A stretch of DNA of 64,000 nucleotides from Candidatus Enterosoma merdigallinarum. GTDB taxonomy: Bacteria; Bacillota_I; Bacilli_A; RFN20; CAG-288. The notes below the pieces were generated by a model. It searched no databases, had not been told where the DNA came from, and saw only the letters and a list, made by a program, of their open reading frames with translations. The stretch lies in the NCBI GenBank assembly GCA_018714385.1, contig DVNL01000014.1, positions 25,959 to 89,958 on the forward strand, given 5' to 3'. This document shows, piece by piece, positions 59,013-64,000 of this stretch. A program made the position numbers and the translations under genes. Each line of letters starts with the position of its first letter. Position 1 is the stretch's first letter.

Positions 59013-59026
59013 GGTGTAAGTGCTAA
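59000..59026 (-). promoter_or_regulatory. CIRCE-like HrcA operator
   Basis: Minus strand reads TTAGCACTT-N9-ATTTGCTAA against the consensus TTAGCACTC-N9-GAGTGCTAA. The left arm matches 8/9 and the right arm 6/9. Confidence 0.65.
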
Positions 59027-59098
59027 TTTTTTGTCTCTTTCTGTTTTTGTGCACCTAAAACTGTCGTTTGTTATCGGCTTTTTTCTTTTTGAACGCTT

Positions 59099-59875
59099 TT
59101 ATCGTCCGATTTCCGACGACTTGTCGACCAATCGTGTGATGACTCTTTTGGGAACAAAATGCGAAAAAAGATGAACCGTCTTCATCCAGAGTCCCGGCAC
59201 GATCTCAAAACGTCCGGCAAAAAGGCCGTCCACCGCCTTTCTGGCAACCTTGGCCGGATCCATGGCCTTTCTTCTCATCGTCATGCCCGCCGCTTTGGCA
59301 AATCCGCTATCGACCGGTCCGGGAAGAAGAAGGGAGACAGAGACAGAGCTTTTCCTTCTCTTCAGTTCCCGATAATACCCGTGGACAAGATAGGTGACGA
59401 AAGCCTTCGTGGCATGATAGAGAGACATATAGGGCGCCGGTCCAAAACTGGCGGCGGAAGACACGAAAAGAAGCTTTCCTTCCCCTTTCTCGAGAAAACG
59501 CAGAAGAAAGCTTTTTCCGAGAATCAAGGTCGCGATGTCATTGAGTTTCACCATGTCTATTTCCTTGGAAAGAGACGTCTTTTCCAAGAATCCGATGTCG
59601 CCGAAACCGGCGCTGTCGACAAAAACGTCTATCGTCATACCCTCCGTCTCTTTCAAAAGCCGGAAACACTCTTCTTCGGAGGTCAGATCAAACGGCAAAA
59701 AAGCGATCTCCCTTTTGGGAAACCGCCTTCGAAGTTCATCCAGTCGTCCTTCCGTCCTGGAAACGGCGAGGATATCGTATCCCCTTTCCAAAAGCTCTGT
59801 GGCGATGGCAAAGCCGATGCCGGAACTGGCTCCCGTGACCAGGGCAAGCACGATATCACCCTTGCAGTTTGGCAA
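59099..59875 (-). CDS. Short-chain dehydrogenase/reductase (SDR) family oxidoreductase
   Basis: LVTGASSGIG cofactor motif and the YxxxK site (YHATKAF). The track start at 59875 is TTG. A GTG at 59851 preceded by AAGGGTGA is an alternative start. Confidence 0.85.
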   Translation of the reverse strand: MPNCKGDIVLALVTGASSGIGFAIATELLERGYDILAVSRTEGRLDELRRRFPKREIAFLPFDLTSEEECFRLLKETEGMTIDVFVDSAGFGDIGFLEKTSLSKEIDMVKLNDIATLILGKSFLLRFLEKGEGKLLFVSSAASFGPAPYMSLYHATKAFVTYLVHGYYRELKRRKSSVSVSLLLPGPVDSGFAKAAGMTMRRKAMDPAKVARKAVDGLFAGRFEIVPGLWMKTVHLFSHFVPKRVITRLVDKSSEIGR

Positions 59876-60764
59876 GCTCGCAGGCGATGGCCCCGGCGAC
59901 CTTGCTGTTGTTTCGAATCAAGGCGATATTTGTCTCGAGGGACTTGCCTCCCGTGAGACCGACGAGCTTGTCGAGAAGATAGGGCGTGACCTTCTTTCCG
60001 TGGATGCCATCCTTTGCCATCATCGCCAAGGCTTCATGGATTTTGGACTCGACGAACAACGGATTGAGGGAATATTCGACCGGAACGGGGTTGACGAACA
60101 AAGACCCCTGTTTGAGGCCGAGCATCTCCGAGATGTGGATCAGCCTTGCAGCGTCCTTGGCATCCCTGGCGACAACGTCGAGCGGGAAATCGGATTCCCT
60201 GGTATAGAAAAGCGGCAGGGTCTCCGTCTGATAGCCGATGACGGGAATCCCCTTGGTTTCCAGATATTCCATCGTCCTCGGGATGTCGAGAATGGCCTTC
60301 GGTCCCGCGCAGACGACGTTGACGGGCGTCTTGGAAAACTCCTCAAGATCGCTGGAGACATCCATCGTCTCTTCGAAGCCGCGATGCACACCACCGATTC
60401 CTCCCGTTGCGAATACCTTGATGCCGGCCATATGGGCGATGATCATGGTCGCAGCGACGGTCGTCGATCCCGTCAGGCCTTCCGCGATGCAATAGGGGAG
60501 ATCCTTGCGGGAAACTTTAATGGCGGAAGTGTTTCTTCCAAGAGCCTTGATTTCATCTTCCGTCAGACCGACCCGGATCTCTCCATCGATGATGCCGATC
60601 GTATAGGGCTTGCCCCCGGCTTTGCGGATTTCTTCTTCGCAAGCCAGGGCGCATTCCACGTTCTGTGGATAAGGCATGCCATGCGTCAAGACGGTCGTCT
60701 CGAGTGCGACGGCAGGTTCCTTTTCAAGATGTGGGATGGACGCAAGCATTTTCTGAATATCCAT
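59856..60764 (-). CDS. psuG: Pseudouridine-5'-phosphate glycosidase
   Basis: ALETTVLTHGMPYPQN, ...ATMIIAHMAGIKVFATGGIGGVHRG... Start set to ATG 60764; the track ORF is over-extended by 49 codons. Confidence 0.85.
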   Translation of the reverse strand: MDIQKMLASIPHLEKEPAVALETTVLTHGMPYPQNVECALACEEEIRKAGGKPYTIGIIDGEIRVGLTEDEIKALGRNTSAIKVSRKDLPYCIAEGLTGSTTVAATMIIAHMAGIKVFATGGIGGVHRGFEETMDVSSDLEEFSKTPVNVVCAGPKAILDIPRTMEYLETKGIPVIGYQTETLPLFYTRESDFPLDVVARDAKDAARLIHISEMLGLKQGSLFVNPVPVEYSLNPLFVESKIHEALAMMAKDGIHGKKVTPYLLDKLVGLTGGKSLETNIALIRNNSKVAGAIACELAKLQG

Positions 60765-60780
60765 ATTTATTCTCTTTCCT

Positions 60781-61755
60781 CTATTTTTCCAGAATACGAT
60801 ATCGCATAACGTGCCGATAGACCTCTCCCGGACGAAGGATTCTCTTTTCGGTCGGGAAGAGCTGCGGTTCGATGGCGATAGCCCTCCTTCCCTTGACGGG
60901 TCCGTTGGCAAATTTCACCGGCGTGTCCGTGACATCGACATAGACGTTGACGCCATCATAATCGGTATAGCATTCGATCTTCATTCTCGGTGTGTCGAGT
61001 ACGACTTTCGGTTCCGTCGGTTCCTTTTGATCGAAAAGGAAAGGATGGTCCAAAGTCCCTGGCTCGCCGGGATGCTTTTTGATCGCATCAAGCTTGTCCT
61101 TGAGAAGGGCTCCTTCCGTGAAGTCGAGATAATCCGGAACGACTCTGGTGTTGACGACGAGTTCCGATTGCTTCTGCAGCGTTCCACAATGCGTTGCAGC
61201 AATCATCAATAGATAAGCATTTACGTCTATGTCAGGAAAGATGTTCCAATAGATATGATTCGACAAAGAAATGATCGTTTCTTTCGTTGTCGTCGCTTCT
61301 TGTTTGATGATCAGTTCGTTTGAGGACAGCGGAATAAGATACGTTATCTTGACATCGAGCTCGCCGGGAAACCCGCATTCGCCATCGGGCGAGATGTAAT
61401 TGAACATGACGCCGTTATAATCGCCTTCGGAAAAGACGATACCGGAAAAGTCCCGGAAGGAGAGGCTTTTTTCTCCCCCGCCATGGAGACATATGCCGTC
61501 TTTCCCGGCGAGAAGGTCGCATTCCTTTCCGAGAATTTTGACGTCTTTTTTAAGCCGGCCTATGACCCTGCCCATCGTCTTTCCGAAATATTGATTCGAA
61601 GAAAGGTAGACTTGCCTGTCGACAGGCTGAAGGATCAAGGGCTTTCCATGAAGGGTAAGCGAGTAAACGCCGGCGCCAAGCGTGGTAAAAACGCCTTTCA
61701 GCCCTCTGTCATTCTCGATGGCAAGATAGCCGGAAGTATATTTTTTCTTAGTCAT
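60781..61755 (-). CDS. Aldose 1-epimerase (galactose mutarotase) family protein
   Basis: GAGVYSLTLHGKPLIL, GRVIGRL, LHGG. Size and motif pattern match the aldose epimerase fold. Confidence 0.7.
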   Translation of the reverse strand: MTKKKYTSGYLAIENDRGLKGVFTTLGAGVYSLTLHGKPLILQPVDRQVYLSSNQYFGKTMGRVIGRLKKDVKILGKECDLLAGKDGICLHGGGEKSLSFRDFSGIVFSEGDYNGVMFNYISPDGECGFPGELDVKITYLIPLSSNELIIKQEATTTKETIISLSNHIYWNIFPDIDVNAYLLMIAATHCGTLQKQSELVVNTRVVPDYLDFTEGALLKDKLDAIKKHPGEPGTLDHPFLFDQKEPTEPKVVLDTPRMKIECYTDYDGVNVYVDVTDTPVKFANGPVKGRRAIAIEPQLFPTEKRILRPGEVYRHVMRYRILEK

Positions 61756-61781
61756 TCGAAACCTCTCGAAAGAGAGTCTTT

Positions 61782-62798
61782 TTACTTGCTTTCGGTGGTG
61801 GACGCGGCAGGGGCAGCCGTCGGGGCGGGATTGGGCTGGAGCTTTCCGTCCTTGAAGGCCTTGTAGCGGAAGTCGAGGTCATCGGCGAAGAAGCTGGTGA
61901 CGTTCTTCTGGAATTCGGCGGCGTTCGTCTTCATCAGCTCGCGAATTCTTTCAGCGGCGGCCTTCTGCTCTTCCGTCCATCCGTTGGAAAGGGTGAGACG
62001 ATTGTTGTTGAAGATGTCCTGGGTCATGATGACGCCCTGCTTTTCATCGTCATCTCTGCGGAAGAAGGCGAAACGGGTCTGCGTCTCGGGATCGTCATAG
62101 ACGAACTGGCAAGTGAACTCGACTTTCTTGCCGTCCTTGTCGTTGAGAGTGACGCGGGCCTTGGCATCGCCGGAAAGGACCTTGGCAGCATCGGCGATGG
62201 TCCGATAGGAAGGGAGAAGCCTATTGGCGAGGAGCTCGCCCATCATGTCGACTCTCTTCCTGAGATCCTCGCTGTTGTTGACGACAAGACGGAGATGCTT
62301 CGAATCCGGTGTGACGGAGAAGAGATACTGTCCAGGGAAGGAAAGGCCGATACATGTGACGAAGAAAATCTTGGAACGGAAGTCGAAATAGCGGTAGACC
62401 TCGATCATCGTGACGTCTCTTCCGACGGAAGAACGAAGCTTGACTTCGACACCGCCGTTTTCAAGACGGCTCTCGAGAACGATCTCATATTCGCCGTTTT
62501 CCTCGACGGCAGGAGGGACAAGCTTGAGTGTCGGCTTGACCTCTCTGTTGTAATGGGCGGTCAGCCTTGCCGTCTCCTTGATATCTCTTTCCTCATTGAT
62601 GTTCCCATCCTTGTCGACATGGAAAATGCGGAAGACAAGGTGCGGCATATCCGAGCCCAAGCAATAGACATCCTTTCCGCCGTCTTCCTTGTCCTCGATG
62701 TGGATAAGGGTCAGCTCGGCAGGACGGATGAAATGATGTTCGGCGACACTTTCGTCGGCGACCTTCTGAATCTTGGACATCAATTCGTTGTTATCCAT
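61782..62798 (-). CDS. Hypothetical cytoplasmic protein, 338 aa, with a Pro/Ala/Thr-rich C-terminal tail
   Basis: Strong AAGGAG RBS and good codon adaptation. The segment VTLNDKDGKKVEFTCQFVYDDPETQTRFAFFRRDDDEKQGVIMTQ weakly resembles DUF1292-type proteins. Confidence 0.7.
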   Translation of the reverse strand: MDNNELMSKIQKVADESVAEHHFIRPAELTLIHIEDKEDGGKDVYCLGSDMPHLVFRIFHVDKDGNINEERDIKETARLTAHYNREVKPTLKLVPPAVEENGEYEIVLESRLENGGVEVKLRSSVGRDVTMIEVYRYFDFRSKIFFVTCIGLSFPGQYLFSVTPDSKHLRLVVNNSEDLRKRVDMMGELLANRLLPSYRTIADAAKVLSGDAKARVTLNDKDGKKVEFTCQFVYDDPETQTRFAFFRRDDDEKQGVIMTQDIFNNNRLTLSNGWTEEQKAAAERIRELMKTNAAEFQKNVTSFFADDLDFRYKAFKDGKLQPNPAPTAAPAASTTESK

Positions 62799-62856
62799 AT
62801 TTCTTTCTCCTTTGAAGTGGCTTCTTAATTATAGTTTCCTCAAGAATATTATTCTA

Positions 62857-63564
62857 CTACACAGTTTCATCGATGCGGAAATCGATGGATTTCATCCCTT
62901 GAGAGATCAGATAGTCATTGCAGCGCATGAAACAATCCGAGCAGAAAAACCCTCTGTTTGCTGATAGGGGCGAGGGGTGTGCCGTGTGGATGATGCACGC
63001 CTTGTCGCTGTGGATCAAAGCAGCTTTCTTATTGGCATAGCTCCCCCACAAAAGATAAACGATCGGCCTATCCTTGGAATCGAGATAGGAAATGGCCATG
63101 TCGGTGATCTTGTCCCAGCCATATTTGGAATGACTGTTTGGTTCCCCCTTCCTAACGGTGAGAGAGGCGTTGAGAAGCAATACCCCCTGCTTCGCCCAAG
63201 GCGTCAAATCGCCGTTTCTCTTCGGTATCGGGTATCGGTACTCGTAAGAAAGCTCCTTGTAGATGTTCATAAGAGAAGGCGGGAGCATGACGCCTTTCCC
63301 GACAGAAAAAGCCAGTCCGTTGGCTTGATTGGGGTTGAAATAGGGATCTTGGCCGATGATGACGACTTTCACTTCCTTTTCAGGAGTCAACCGAAAGGCG
63401 CGATAGACATCCTCGAGCGGAGGATAGACCGTCTCTTCGACAGCCTCTTTGGCCACCCGGTCCACGACGGAGAGAAACGCCGGTGTGTCGCGAATCGTCT
63501 CGAAGAACTCTCCCCAACCTTCTGGAAAGGACATCAAAGCCTTTTTATTTTGTTCCAGAGTCAT
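62857..63564 (-). CDS. ung: Uracil-DNA glycosylase
   Basis: Motifs VVIIGQDPY, GLAFSV, LLLNASLTV and HPSPLSA. Confidence 0.93.
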   Translation of the reverse strand: MTLEQNKKALMSFPEGWGEFFETIRDTPAFLSVVDRVAKEAVEETVYPPLEDVYRAFRLTPEKEVKVVIIGQDPYFNPNQANGLAFSVGKGVMLPPSLMNIYKELSYEYRYPIPKRNGDLTPWAKQGVLLLNASLTVRKGEPNSHSKYGWDKITDMAISYLDSKDRPIVYLLWGSYANKKAALIHSDKACIIHTAHPSPLSANRGFFCSDCFMRCNDYLISQGMKSIDFRIDETV

Positions 63565-63787
63565 CGCCCTTCTCCTCTTCCTGCTTCTTTTTGTTCTTCA
63601 AAAAAGTCAGCAGGTCATAAACAAAGGCATACGTCAAGAAGCCGCACGCCAAAACCGCCAAAATAATCAACACTATGCCGGTGATCGCCCAGTCGATGAA
63701 ATAAGACAGGGTAATGGAAGCCCCCAAAAGAAAATAGGCCAATATCACCGCCAGAAGAACCATATGTTCTCTTAATTTATATTTCAT
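63545..63787 (-). CDS. Small membrane protein, 80 aa, two TM helices
   Basis: Two hydrophobic stretches, LLAVILAYFLLGASITLSYFI and ITGIVLIILAVLACGFLTYAFVY, and a charged tail. Overlaps the ung start by 20 nt. Confidence 0.5.
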   Translation of the reverse strand: MKYKLREHMVLLAVILAYFLLGASITLSYFIDWAITGIVLIILAVLACGFLTYAFVYDLLTFLKNKKKQEEEKGDDSGTK

Positions 63788-63848
63788 TTTTATATGTGGA
63801 GTTGTTATACACTTTTCTTTGATTCAGCAAAGTTTGCTTTATATTAAC

Positions 63849-64000
63849 TTATTTGTGTGTAAACCAATTTTCATGAATGAAATCAAGTGTCTCATCCAAG
63901 TTCTCTTCTTCCATTGCGGCGATGGCGAACATATAAGAAGGCATCGGCAAGGCATCATCGAGCTTGAACTCATAGGCCTCTCCGCAAAACGCCCTCCCTT
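63849..64000 (-). CDS. C-terminal end of an unidentified protein (gene enters from the right edge)
   Basis: Manual translation of the minus strand gives ...GRAFCGEAYEFKLDDALPMPSYMFAIAAMEEENLDETLDFIHENWFTHK, with stop TAA at 63851..63849. Not in the track because there is no start in the window. Confidence 0.5.
   Translation of the reverse strand, partial: GRAFCGEAYEFKLDDALPMPSYMFAIAAMEEENLDETLDFIHENWFTHK

Overview
This is a 64-kb chromosomal window of about 50% GC, read with the standard genetic code. It looks like an anaerobic Bacillota-type genome. PFOR, FeoAB, a PPi-type phosphofructokinase signature, a MalK-type ABC ATPase with a large insertion and an enlarged FtsH suggest an Erysipelotrichia/Mollicutes-related anaerobe, but that is only a guess. 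I support about 55 protein genes and found no rRNA, tRNA, CRISPR array or complete mobile element.

The content is mostly housekeeping:
- nifJ (PFOR)
- cadA with an ArsR-family repressor
- yaaA-recF-gyrB-gyrA
- serS
- a four-gene sugar ABC importer
- S41 peptidase and uvrB
- mnmE-tatD-rnmV-rsmA
- eno
- ftsH-(HTH)-lemA-tsaC-rpiB
- nudix-vsr
- feoAB
- a Wzy/WaaL-like plus YfhO-like envelope pair
- pfk
- groESL with a CIRCE operator
- SDR-psuG-aldose epimerase
- ung

Genes are packed very tightly, with many ATGA or TGAnATG junctions.

The most system-like unknown lies at the left edge (1-9572, minus strand). One promoter drives a canonical sirtuin, three ORFs of 113-124 aa, an M6-type zinc-metalloprotease lipoprotein and two giant paralogous proteins (1130 aa and at least 916 aa) with no domain I recognise. 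All seven genes are separated by 4 nt or less.

Other observations:
- an orphan hairpin terminator and palindromes in the 560-bp AT-rich spacer upstream of PFOR
- several probable leaderless mRNAs, with a -10 element 6-7 nt from the ATG
- near-total avoidance of TTA/CTA/TCA codons, which creates gene-length antisense ORFs (all rejected as genes)
- an ATGA-coupled nudix-vsr pair with no dcm partner in the window
- an orphan Phd/YefM-like antitoxin
- an IS3-OrfA-like HTH gene coupled to ftsH
- lineage-specific extensions in GyrB, FtsH, FeoA, SerS and the ABC ATPase

All functional calls rest on motif recognition by eye. No database search or computation was possible.
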